64,000 nt of DNA, from NCBI GenBank assembly GCA_031551965.1, contig JAVBMW010000027.1, positions 5,808 through 69,807 on the forward strand, given 5' to 3'. Positions 53,047 to 62,150 of the stretch are shown in pieces. Below the pieces are notes generated by a model that was not told the origin of the DNA, searched no databases, and saw only the letters and a list, made by a program, of their open reading frames with translations. Each line of letters starts with the position of its first letter. Position 1 is the stretch's first letter. The DNA comes from Holdemania sp. (GTDB taxonomy: Bacteria; Bacillota_I; Bacilli_A; Erysipelotrichales; Erysipelotrichaceae). The translations under genes and the position numbers were made by a program.

Positions 53047-55049
53047 CATTTTTTCTTTCTAAACTTTGATTTTTTCTCAAATAATTCCAAGAACCACTCT
53101 TCATTATAATTAAGAGCTTTTGCTTTATTATAATAATCTTTTGCTTGTTTCAAGTCATTATGATGGGTTTTGTAATAATAGCATAATTTTGCATACAACC
53201 AGCCAGTTTTATAGTCTTCTTTAAGCAATGTCTCTAAAATCTCTATTGCTTCATCAACTTGATTTATCTTACCTTTACAATGAGCGATATTGCATCTGAC
53301 AATTTCATTAGCAGGATCGATTTCAAGACTTTTTTCATACATTTCAAGTGATTTTGAGTAATCATCGATGTGCATATAACTCCAACCGACTTCATTGTAA
53401 GTTCTTACTGTTTTTCTTCCTAAAGCAATCGCAGATTCTAAAGGTTCGATCGCCTCTTTAAACATTTTCTGTTCATTTAGTATGTGACCTTTTAAAGCTA
53501 AAACCTGGCTATCTTCAGAATCTTTTTCTAAGCCCAAGTTAATATGTTCCATTGATTTTTCAAATTGTTTTAATTCGCAATAACAATCTGCATATTGATA
53601 ATGAATCCATTGGTCATCTTTTCCATCTTGATAAAGTGAATCTAAGAAAGCTAGAACATCTGAATATTTTCCGAGTGTATGGTAAATTGAAATATAATCA
53701 TTTAAAGCCCATTCCTCTTTATAATTTAAATCTTTAGCTTGTTTATGATAATCGAGTGCTTCATCATATTTATTGAGTCTATTTAAGCAGTAACCAATTT
53801 GTGCCTTAGTCCATCCACTAGCTGCATCAAGTTGTTCAAGTTCAAAAAAATATGTCAGTGCTTGGTCATAATCTTTAAGCATACTATAATGCCAGCCAAT
53901 TTGTGAAATTAGCCAATTGTGGTTTTGATGATTTGGTAATGCAATCAAATATTCTTTTAAAGCAGTATCAAAATCTTTGATTTCACTATAGCATATACCA
54001 AGTTCTGCATGAATCCATGGATCATCACGTCCTAAATCAATACAGTGATGTAGTATTGTGATCGCTTCATTATAATTATCGATGTGTTCTAGGCAAACTG
54101 CCTTAGAGCATAAGGGGACTATCGATTCTGGTTCAATATTTAACGAACGATCATAATATTCAATTGCGGATTGATAATCTTTTTTGTTTTCAAAAATAAG
54201 TCCAAGCTGATAAGTGATCAAAGCTTCTTTCTCAGGATAGGTTATCAAGCATTGTTGTAAGTAACTAATTGCTTCTTCTTCTAATTGAAGCGTTTGAAAA
54301 CAACGACATAATTCTTGTATTGGCCATTGATCACAATTTGATTTTTCAATCGATAATTTCAAATAAGGAAGGGCCAATTCAGGTTGTTTAAGGTTGTTGT
54401 AACAAATAGCGGATTCATTGATCAACCATAAATCATTATTAATGATTTCCGAGTCCATTTCTTTTAAATATTCCAGTTCTTCTTCAAATCGATTTAGTTT
54501 TGATAAACCATAGCACAAATCTTTTATCACCCATAATTCATTTAAACCGAAATTTTTTGCCTTGATCAAATATTCAACGGCATCTTCTTCTTTATTGATG
54601 CGATTTAATGAAAATCCGAGTTGTCCAAAAGTCCAACTATCGAAATTTTCTAGCATCAAAGCATCTTCAAAATACTCAATTGCTTCTTCATGACGATTCA
54701 ATCGAGATAATGAAAATCCAATTTCGCGTTTTATCCAAGCATCTTCTCTTCCTAACTCAGTTGCTTCGTTTAAGCTAATGACTGCTTCTTCAAAGAGCTC
54801 AAGTTTATTTTGTACCCAACCGATTTGCGAATAAATCCAAGAATTATCGACTCCTAAAGATTTAGCCATACCAAGACTAAGCAAAGCTTCTTTATAGTTT
54901 TCTACAAAACTGAGCAACCAACCTCTTTCACAGTAATACCATATTTGATCAGTTATGTCATCTTTAGCTTCTTCAAGAATATCAAGGGCATCATAATAAC
55001 GCTCTTCTTGAACGCATAACATGATTTCTTCTTCTATGTTCATTTTCAT
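53046..55049 (-). CDS. Tetratricopeptide-repeat protein (about 18-19 tandem 34-aa repeats)
   Basis: A regular D-W----[IL]G[WFY]----L----EA---[FL]--A--L pattern runs along the entire 667 aa. Confidence 0.8.
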   Translation of the reverse strand: MKMNIEEEIMLCVQEERYYDALDILEEAKDDITDQIWYYCERGWLLSFVENYKEALLSLGMAKSLGVDNSWIYSQIGWVQNKLELFEEAVISLNEATELGREDAWIKREIGFSLSRLNRHEEAIEYFEDALMLENFDSWTFGQLGFSLNRINKEEDAVEYLIKAKNFGLNELWVIKDLCYGLSKLNRFEEELEYLKEMDSEIINNDLWLINESAICYNNLKQPELALPYLKLSIEKSNCDQWPIQELCRCFQTLQLEEEAISYLQQCLITYPEKEALITYQLGLIFENKKDYQSAIEYYDRSLNIEPESIVPLCSKAVCLEHIDNYNEAITILHHCIDLGRDDPWIHAELGICYSEIKDFDTALKEYLIALPNHQNHNWLISQIGWHYSMLKDYDQALTYFFELEQLDAASGWTKAQIGYCLNRLNKYDEALDYHKQAKDLNYKEEWALNDYISIYHTLGKYSDVLAFLDSLYQDGKDDQWIHYQYADCYCELKQFEKSMEHINLGLEKDSEDSQVLALKGHILNEQKMFKEAIEPLESAIALGRKTVRTYNEVGWSYMHIDDYSKSLEMYEKSLEIDPANEIVRCNIAHCKGKINQVDEAIEILETLLKEDYKTGWLYAKLCYYYKTHHNDLKQAKDYYNKAKALNYNEEWFLELFEKKSKFRKKK

Positions 55050-55094
55050 CACCAGTTCTATTTTACCAAATTATTCATAAGACTTGTAGCAAAA

Positions 55095-55127
55095 TAAAAA
55101 ATATGAGCTTTTCACTCATATTTTTTT
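55095..55127 (-). terminator. Intrinsic terminator after ponA (hairpin flanked by A/T runs)
   Basis: atatgag / ctcatat stem with a flanking A5 run and T6 run. Confidence 0.7.
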
Positions 55128-55131
55128 GAAA

Positions 55132-58100
55132 TTAAGGTTGGTCAACGATACATGCATTTCCAGTACCATCATCGACTTTACCGTCTTCACAAACTTTACT
55201 TATTAAGGTAACAGTTTCATTTTTAATAATGTTTGTATAAGTGCCAGACCAAGTGCACACATAGCCAGTTCCACATGGTGGAGTAGCTGAACCACCTGAA
55301 GTGACAGTTTCAGTTTTTAATGGATTATTAGAGCTATCTACAAAAGTTACTGAATATGTTGGAGTAGAAGTAGGAGTAGGAGTTGGAGTTGGAGTTGGAG
55401 TAGGGGTACTATTCGAAACTCTTATCAAAGTAACAGTTTCATTTTTTTTCACATTTTTATAGTTTTCCGGCCAAGTACATGTGAAGTCTATGCCACAGTT
55501 AATTCCTTTCGCTTGCATTTCTGCATTAGTAGGAGGAGTAGCATTTGCTCCGGCATTGACAACTTCTGTTTTAATGGTTGTTTTAGTATCATCAGTAAAG
55601 GTAACTAGATAAGTTTGTTGGAAAGTATGTAATGTGAACGAAATTTTAGCATTTGCTATTTCACTTTGTTTCATAGTATTTGTAGTTCCTGGCGTTACCG
55701 CAACTGAGTTAACTGTAATGTCAATTGTAGGTTGGTTAATATCTGTAATTTTTGTTCCGTCTACATAAGTAATGTTTTCAACTTTAAATCCATTAGTAGT
55801 AGCCCAAATTTCAAGTGCAGGTTTTCCAATATTTGCAATGGGGTAAGTAAATGTAACATCTTTATCTTCAGCTGTAATTTCCACACACTTTTGAGAACTA
55901 GTATTACCTAAATGCTCATATGCATAGTAGCCACACACATTGATCTTAGAACCTGGTGCAACTTTGATATTTTCCGTTTTTGTATCTGACTCACTTGATA
56001 TGTTTACCGTTGTGTCATTCACAGTAATATCAGCACGATAACGAACTGGTCCAAACAACCATGAATAGTCGAATAAACGTTTTCCGACAGCAGTTACCGT
56101 TTTGTTTCCAACAGTAAGTGATAAGTCTATTGTATCTGGTGCAACATAAAGTTTGCTTTGATCAGGATAAGGAGCCCAATGAATCGATAAATCTCCATTT
56201 GTATCATTATAAGACGCTTGGAAATCGCCAAGATCAGCGAGAGTAGCGTTTTGTGGTTCACTCAATGAATAATTTGCTTCTTTTATTAGACCAGTAATAA
56301 TGAAACTAGGATCCATGCCATCGATCAAACTTGCATAAGGATAAGTTCCAATAATATGAGTAATTGATTTAACACCAGAAGGTCTTTCGATTGCCTTTGG
56401 TTTTAACTCAGAATTTAAAGCGTCTAGAATTAAAGTGGATATTTTACCAGGTAAGTTCAGTTTCGTATCTGCGTTTGTAAAATATGTTCCCTTATCTTTA
56501 ATTGCTTTTTCGTAACCAACCCAAACAGATGTTGTGTATTGGCTAGTACTGATGATCATCCATTTATCTTTTGGAACACCATCAGGAATGCCGTAAGCTT
56601 TTCCTTCTTCGCCCCAGTTAGAAGTTCCTGTTTTTCCATATACAGGATATGAACGTTTACATAACTGCATATAGTTTGAATAAGGACCATTTACAGCTTG
56701 GTACATTGTTTCCGAGGCCAAGTAAGCAGCTTCAGCTGAAATGATTTGATTTTCCGCATAAACAGGAATCAATGGTTCGGTACCATCAGAGAATTCTACT
56801 TTTGTGATCGTATGCGGTGTAATATAGTTTCCTGAATTGATCATTGTTGCATGTGCAGCCGCTAATTCCTTAGCACTGGCATCCCAAGTTGATCCACCGA
56901 TCGCATAACCAATATCGAAACTTTCTTTTGTAACTCTTGAAAAACCTAAATCTTGAAGATATTGAACAACCTTTCCTCGTCCATCACTCATGTTGCTGAT
57001 AACTTCTTGAAGTGTTTGGATCGCAGGTGTATTCATTGATGTTCCAACGGCATCAAGAACTGTCATTTGTCCATTATATACGTTACCGAAGTTTGTGATT
57101 ATTTTATTTGTACCTGCATAAGCGATTGGTTGGTCAATAACTACGTGACTTGTAGACCAGCCAAGATATTCAAAGGCAAGTGCATAAGATAAGAATGGTT
57201 TAACACTTGAACCTGGTTGTTTATATTGATCAGTTGCATGGTTAAGAAGTAAACTTCCTCCATCCGCATAGTTACGACCACCACCGATCGCAACGATTTC
57301 ACCAGTTTGATTATTGATGGATATTGCAGCCATTTCCATTAATTCATCAGGGAACTCAACAGATTTTTGTTCTCCAGCTTGAATTGAATCGATCATTGTC
57401 TGTGTTTTTGGATCCATAGCAGTATAGATTTTCATTGGGACAACAGTTGGATCTTTACCAGTTAAATCTTTTACTTCTTGAATAACCACATCAATATAAC
57501 TTTGATATGGAGTTCCTTGACCAGCTCCACGATTTGTACTGGATTCCACAAGTAAATCTTCTAAATTAATGGATTGAGCAAGTTCACATTCCTCTTTAGT
57601 AATATATCCATGTCGTAACATCAAGTTTAATACAGTATTTCGACGTTGTGTCGCTTTTTCTAAATATCGGAAAGGATTGTAAGAATAAGGTGAGTTGACA
57701 ACTCCTGCAAGCATTGCACTTTCTGAAAGTGTCAATTCTGAAACATCTTTACCAAAGTAATATTGTGCTGCCTTTTGTACACCACGAATATTTCCGCTTC
57801 CTCCAAAATTAACTTTGTTGATGTAATATTCTAAGATACTTTTCTTATTTGTTTGACTTTCAAGTTGCATTGCCATATAAATTTCTTGGAATTTTTGAGC
57901 AACTCCATTATCTCCTTGAGCAATGCTTGTATCATCACTCTTAAAATAGGAGTTATCGATCAATTGCATCGTTAAAGTAGATCCACCTTGAGTCATGGTA
58001 AGTCTTCGACGAATGATTGTATTTTTTCCGTTTTCATACATCGCTTTTACAAAACGGCTGATATCAAAACCATTGTGTTCAAAATATCGGCTATCTTCTA

Positions 58101-58428
58101 CTGCGACAAAGGCATCAACCAAAGAGTTAGGAATATCTTCATATGATATATTCGTTCTTATCTGTGCTCCAACTTCCGCAATAACATTGCCGTTTTTATC
58201 TAAAATTTGACTCGATTGTGTACTTTCAAAATTTTCAATTTTTACTTGCGGTGCATCCGAGATAAAATTAGATAAAACAACGACACCAATACAACTTACG
58301 ATCAAACCTAAAATAACGATCATACTTACGGTTGCCATGACCACCATTTTTATATTCAGTTTTCTTTTGGGCTTATTTGTAGTAGGTTGATTTGCTTTAG
58401 TTTTCTTTTTCAATTTTAGCTTTACCAT
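55132..58428 (-). CDS. ponA: Class A penicillin-binding protein (PBP1A-type glycosyltransferase/transpeptidase) with about 400-aa C-terminal extension
   Basis: N-terminal TM. GT51 motifs (EDSRYFEHNGFD, GGSTLTMQL, RRN). Transpeptidase SSVKP (SxxK), SMN and KTGT. A Pro-Thr linker and a duplicated C-terminal module follow. Confidence 0.9.
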   Translation of the reverse strand: MVKLKLKKKTKANQPTTNKPKRKLNIKMVVMATVSMIVILGLIVSCIGVVVLSNFISDAPQVKIENFESTQSSQILDKNGNVIAEVGAQIRTNISYEDIPNSLVDAFVAVEDSRYFEHNGFDISRFVKAMYENGKNTIIRRRLTMTQGGSTLTMQLIDNSYFKSDDTSIAQGDNGVAQKFQEIYMAMQLESQTNKKSILEYYINKVNFGGSGNIRGVQKAAQYYFGKDVSELTLSESAMLAGVVNSPYSYNPFRYLEKATQRRNTVLNLMLRHGYITKEECELAQSINLEDLLVESSTNRGAGQGTPYQSYIDVVIQEVKDLTGKDPTVVPMKIYTAMDPKTQTMIDSIQAGEQKSVEFPDELMEMAAISINNQTGEIVAIGGGRNYADGGSLLLNHATDQYKQPGSSVKPFLSYALAFEYLGWSTSHVVIDQPIAYAGTNKIITNFGNVYNGQMTVLDAVGTSMNTPAIQTLQEVISNMSDGRGKVVQYLQDLGFSRVTKESFDIGYAIGGSTWDASAKELAAAHATMINSGNYITPHTITKVEFSDGTEPLIPVYAENQIISAEAAYLASETMYQAVNGPYSNYMQLCKRSYPVYGKTGTSNWGEEGKAYGIPDGVPKDKWMIISTSQYTTSVWVGYEKAIKDKGTYFTNADTKLNLPGKISTLILDALNSELKPKAIERPSGVKSITHIIGTYPYASLIDGMDPSFIITGLIKEANYSLSEPQNATLADLGDFQASYNDTNGDLSIHWAPYPDQSKLYVAPDTIDLSLTVGNKTVTAVGKRLFDYSWLFGPVRYRADITVNDTTVNISSESDTKTENIKVAPGSKINVCGYYAYEHLGNTSSQKCVEITAEDKDVTFTYPIANIGKPALEIWATTNGFKVENITYVDGTKITDINQPTIDITVNSVAVTPGTTNTMKQSEIANAKISFTLHTFQQTYLVTFTDDTKTTIKTEVVNAGANATPPTNAEMQAKGINCGIDFTCTWPENYKNVKKNETVTLIRVSNSTPTPTPTPTPTPTSTPTYSVTFVDSSNNPLKTETVTSGGSATPPCGTGYVCTWSGTYTNIIKNETVTLISKVCEDGKVDDGTGNACIVDQP
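55357..55413 (-). repeat. Pro-Thr linker encoded by short tandem (ggagtt/ggagta)n repeats
   Basis: The plus strand reads ggagtagaagtaggagtaggagttggagttggagttggagtagggg, encoding TPTPTPTPTPTPTSTPT. Confidence 0.8.
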
Positions 58429-58431
58429 AAA

Positions 58432-59007
58432 TTATTCTCCTTTAAAGTATAGCTGATCAACTACTTTTAAGTAATTGACAGGCGGTGTTAATGAGTTGGG
58501 TATCAATACCGCAAATTCACTAAACCAAGTATACGGTAGTGATCGTTTCTTTCCATTTAGATAAAGATCGATCACGTCTTCTGCTTTTACTAGGTATGTT
58601 TCTTCATACGCTGTAAAACGTATAATAATAAAGGCGATCGCGCCATGTTCTAACACAAGTTTTAAGTGTTCGATTTGATGAGGATGGATACTTGAGAAAG
58701 GAAATGAAGTTTTACTATTTGTTTCTTTTGCCTCAAAGTCAATATAGCGTTTTTTATAAATTCCATTATAATCAGTAGTACTTGGAATCTTAAAATATGC
58801 TTCATCGATCTTTGCGGCAGTTCTAGTTGGATAATCAACATGAACAATTTGAACAGGAGTCGGTTTTTTATAAATAACCGCTTTATTCAGCTCTCGATAA
58901 TAATCATTACTTGCGTTCAATTCACTTTCAAGAGTCATACCTCTATGAGATGTATTTATTGAATTAGTAATATTTTTACTTCTTTTTCCATTAGGATAAT
59001 TTACCAT
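58432..59007 (-). CDS. recU: Holliday junction resolvase RecU
   Basis: NYPNGKR ... RGMTLE ... IDFEAKET pattern. It lies immediately upstream of ponA (3-nt gap), as in Bacillus. Confidence 0.85.
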   Translation of the reverse strand: MVNYPNGKRSKNITNSINTSHRGMTLESELNASNDYYRELNKAVIYKKPTPVQIVHVDYPTRTAAKIDEAYFKIPSTTDYNGIYKKRYIDFEAKETNSKTSFPFSSIHPHQIEHLKLVLEHGAIAFIIIRFTAYEETYLVKAEDVIDLYLNGKKRSLPYTWFSEFAVLIPNSLTPPVNYLKVVDQLYFKGE

Positions 59008-59242
59008 ATCTTCACCAATTCTTATTATACTCAAAATTCAAAGATATTGCTATAAAACACAGAAATTCTTAAGAAAAAACCAAACAAAAAATTTAAAATC
59101 ATGATGAAATTTCAGTCTGTTGGACTATTAAAGTATCAAAATTGATCTAGAATTGTTTGATATGATCAATTGTATGGAGTCTATTTTTCTTTTGTCTTGA
59201 GATTAAAAAGAATATATAATAATGAAATAAGGGAAAAGGATT

Positions 59243-59770
59243 ATGAGAAAATATAAAAATTTAGTTTTACGTGATGCAGCAACTGAAGATGCATCTATAC
59301 TTGGAAATTGGTGGCGCGATGGAAAGATAATGGAACATGCAGGATTTCCTTTAGGTATCAAGATAACTGACGATAAAATAATTAAAAATTTAAAAGAAAA
59401 ATCAAGTATGGATCATGGTATACAAATCATTGAGGTGGATAATTTACCAATTGGAGAGATGAGTTATCGTAGATGTGAAAATAATACAGCGGAAATCGGA
59501 ATCAAAATTTGTGATTTCTCAATGCAGGGAAAGGGCTATGGTCCTATGTTTTTGAGGATGCTGATCGACGAGTTGTTTTATGTATATTACTATGATCGTA
59601 TTATTTTGGATACCAACTTAAATAATATCCGTGCTCAACATACATATGAAAAAATAGGTTTCACAAAGGTTCGAATTCGCAAGGATGCTTGGGTCGACCA
59701 ATTAGGAAATAACCAATCATCCGTAGACTATGAACTATTAAAGAAAGAGTATTCATATTCATTTGAATAA
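59243..59770 (+). CDS. GNAT-family N-acetyltransferase
   Basis: LVLRDAATEDASIL ... Q-KGYG ... A---YEK-GF pattern. The substrate is unknown (RimJ/L- or AAC(6')-like). Confidence 0.7.
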   Translation: MRKYKNLVLRDAATEDASILGNWWRDGKIMEHAGFPLGIKITDDKIIKNLKEKSSMDHGIQIIEVDNLPIGEMSYRRCENNTAEIGIKICDFSMQGKGYGPMFLRMLIDELFYVYYYDRIILDTNLNNIRAQHTYEKIGFTKVRIRKDAWVDQLGNNQSSVDYELLKKEYSYSFE

Positions 59771-59785
59771 TTACAGGAGAAATTC

Positions 59786-60490
59786 ATGAAAAGTTCTAAA
59801 CTAGATTTAGCTAAAAGAGGTTACATTGAGTTATTTGAAATGAATGAATATCGTAAGTTGAATCAAAATGAAGTGTTAAAATATTTAGAATCTAATCTAC
59901 CTTATAAAAGGACTATAGCAGTAAGGCTTATATCAGAACGCAATTTGGTTGATGATTATGCTGATAAACTATTAAAGATGTTTGAAATTGAAAAAGCACT
60001 ATATACAAAGATTGAAATAGGTCAAGCACTGGAAAAAGGCAATATTGAAACTTGTAAGAAGATGATCAATTACTTAGGTAAAATAGGAAACAATCAACAT
60101 ACTTCAATCTATAAAGCATCTTTAAAGAAGAGTTATCCATTACCTCGTGATATCATTGCCAGAAGTTTAGCTAAAATGGATACCCATTGTCTAGAAACTC
60201 TACTTCAGGTTCTTGAATCTGATGATTTACTCAAAATAAGTGAAATTCTTGATGCGATTGGTTTTATGATATTTTATGATCCTGTTTTACAAACTAAAGC
60301 AAATTTTAATAAAATTAAGATTACATCAGAAAAATATTACATGAATGAATTAATAATGTGGAAATGTATTTTATGTTTTTCTGCTTTTAAAATTAATGAA
60401 TGCAAAGAATATTTAATAGAATTGAGATCAAGATCAAATAATGAAAAGTTGTTACTAGAAATTAATCGAAGTTTGGTAATGATTGGATAG
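59786..60490 (+). CDS. Hypothetical all-helical protein (possibly HEAT-like repeats)
   Basis: ORF with a GGAGA RBS. It has weakly periodic helical repeats (R--A-R-L--- / LL--L); no firm motif. Confidence 0.4.
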   Translation: MKSSKLDLAKRGYIELFEMNEYRKLNQNEVLKYLESNLPYKRTIAVRLISERNLVDDYADKLLKMFEIEKALYTKIEIGQALEKGNIETCKKMINYLGKIGNNQHTSIYKASLKKSYPLPRDIIARSLAKMDTHCLETLLQVLESDDLLKISEILDAIGFMIFYDPVLQTKANFNKIKITSEKYYMNELIMWKCILCFSAFKINECKEYLIELRSRSNNEKLLLEINRSLVMIG

Positions 60491-60550
60491 TTTGACTCTT
60501 GCTTTTTAAGACTTAATTTGAGAAAATAGGATGGAACGGTGGTGTTACTT

Positions 60551-60880
60551 ATGGAAAATAGATGCAATTTAGATGTACAAACGATCTTAGATACTGAATT
60601 CCATGTGGATTTTAAAGGTTATTCTTCAATTGAAGTAGATAAATTCTTGGATATGGTGATTGAAGATTATCAAATCTATGATCAAAAGATTGCGGACATG
60701 AAAGAACAGTTCTTAATGCAGGAAAGATCAATTGCTTCATTGAAAGCTAAGATTATTGAACTTGAAGGAAAAGCAAAGGCATTAGAAGATGTTGAATCTG
60801 TGAATCCATCTCAATTAGATCTTTTAAAAAGAATTTCAAAATTGGAACAAGAAGTTTATAAGAATAAACAAGAATTTTAA
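60551..60880 (+). CDS. gpsB: Cell-cycle protein GpsB (DivIVA-domain)
   Basis: ILDTEFHVDFKGYSSIEVDKFLDMVIEDY DivIVA N-terminal motif plus a coiled coil. It is adjacent to rnpB, as in B. subtilis. Confidence 0.85.
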   Translation: MENRCNLDVQTILDTEFHVDFKGYSSIEVDKFLDMVIEDYQIYDQKIADMKEQFLMQERSIASLKAKIIELEGKAKALEDVESVNPSQLDLLKRISKLEQEVYKNKQEF

Positions 60881-61232
60881 CATTCGGGTAACCGCTGACA
60901 GCAATGTTAGAGGAAAGTCCATGCTCGCACAGTCTGTGATGACTGTAGTGTTTGTGCTAGTTTAATCAATAAGGCTAGGCAGATGAAAATCTGACGGCTG
61001 ATGAACTCCTAAGGCGTAAGCTATGGACGACATCTATAAAAGTGCCACAGTGACGGAGTTCTATGGGAAACCATAGAAGTGGAACGGGTAAACCCCGCAA
61101 GCGAGAAACCCAAATTTGGTAGGGGAATTTTCCAGATCGAACTGAAGAAATGGAAAGACAAAGTAATTTGTAGATAAATGGTTACCACCCTGTTTACAGG
61201 GGACAGAACATGGCTTACAGAGTGTGAAATAA
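60875..61232 (+). ncRNA. rnpB: RNase P RNA, Bacillus (type B) class
   Basis: Blocks shared with B. subtilis rnpB as I recall it: ttcgggtaa-cgctg, agaggaaagtccatgctcgcac, aagtgccacagtgacg, gtggaacgggtaaacccc, gcgagaaacccaaatttggtaggggaa and acagaacatggcttacag. The ends can pair (P1). Confidence 0.9.
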
Positions 61233-61233
61233 T

Positions 61234-61257
61234 AAGAGATCGAAAGGTCTCTTTTTT
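61234..61257 (+). terminator. Intrinsic terminator after rnpB
   Basis: aagagatc-gaaa-ggtctctt hairpin running into a T-run. Confidence 0.75.
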
Positions 61258-61264
61258 AGAATAT

Positions 61265-61291
61265 AAAAAAGAGTGAATTTTGAATTCACTC
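61265..61291 (-). terminator. Intrinsic terminator for the minus-strand lipoprotein operon
   Basis: gagtgaat / attcactc stem; the T-run on the minus strand is aaaaaa on the plus strand. Confidence 0.7.
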
Positions 61292-61298
61292 TTACATG

Positions 61299-62150
61299 TT
61301 ATTTAGAAATTAAATTTTCGTAGCTTTCTACAAGTGCATTGTATAAATCATAATCATAGATTTTAAATTTATAAATTTTGAAGTAATGTTCAACTGCTTC
61401 GTTAGAAATTGAGCTAATTGCTGAAATAGCATTGACTGCTTCTTCTTGAAATGCAGTAGGATCACTTTCAAGTACACGAACGATATAGAATTTACTTGCA
61501 TCATCATTAACGATAACTTGACTTGAAGTTTCATTTGCCTTTAAGTTATTGATTTCATATTGAACAACAGTTTCATAAGATGTTTGATTTGTGATCACAG
61601 TAGCTTCACCACTAACTGAAGAACCATTGTCAGATGCAGTTGTAACAAAATCAGCACCGCTATTGATAGCGTCAAGTGCGATATTTGCAGCATCTTCATT
61701 ATCAAATGTCATTAATTGAATTTTCTTAGGAGCATATTTTGCAGATAAAGTAGTAAAGTTTTCAGTGATGTATTTGTTGTAAAGAGCTGTTAATTGAGCA
61801 TTTTGAACAAGTGTTTCTTTAAAGGCATCAATTGATGCATAGCCCATTGAAAGAATATAATACTCATATTGTTCACCTAACATACCTTCATAACTTGTTA
61901 ATGTTGCTTCAGCACTTGCAATCATTTCTTCGGTTGCAGGAACTTCAGCATCCAATACAAATTTATGAGCAGAAGTCACCGCAAAGTAGCTTCCTGCCAC
62001 AGAATTCATATAACCATATAGCTCGTTACGTGTTAATGATTGATCTCCTAAAGTTACTACAGCTGCACTGCCATCAGTAATTTTTGCTGATCCATTAGAA
62101 CATCCAGTTAATAGAAGAAGAGCGGTTAATAAAGTAAGTAATTTTTTCAT
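61299..62150 (-). CDS. Lipoprotein, PrsA/SurA-N-like chaperone domain without parvulin domain
   Basis: Lipobox LLTGCS. The helical N-terminal region is similar in layout to its upstream neighbour; no PPIase signature. Confidence 0.55.
   Translation of the reverse strand: MKKLLTLLTALLLLTGCSNGSAKITDGSAAVVTLGDQSLTRNELYGYMNSVAGSYFAVTSAHKFVLDAEVPATEEMIASAEATLTSYEGMLGEQYEYYILSMGYASIDAFKETLVQNAQLTALYNKYITENFTTLSAKYAPKKIQLMTFDNEDAANIALDAINSGADFVTTASDNGSSVSGEATVITNQTSYETVVQYEINNLKANETSSQVIVNDDASKFYIVRVLESDPTAFQEEAVNAISAISSISNEAVEHYFKIYKFKIYDYDLYNALVESYENLISK

Noticed and set aside
55357-55413. Short tandem repeats as a possible CRISPR array or other non-coding repeat array
   Set aside because: The 6-bp units lie in-frame inside ponA and encode a Pro-Thr linker. 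There is no spacer/repeat organisation, and no CRISPR-like array occurs anywhere in the window.
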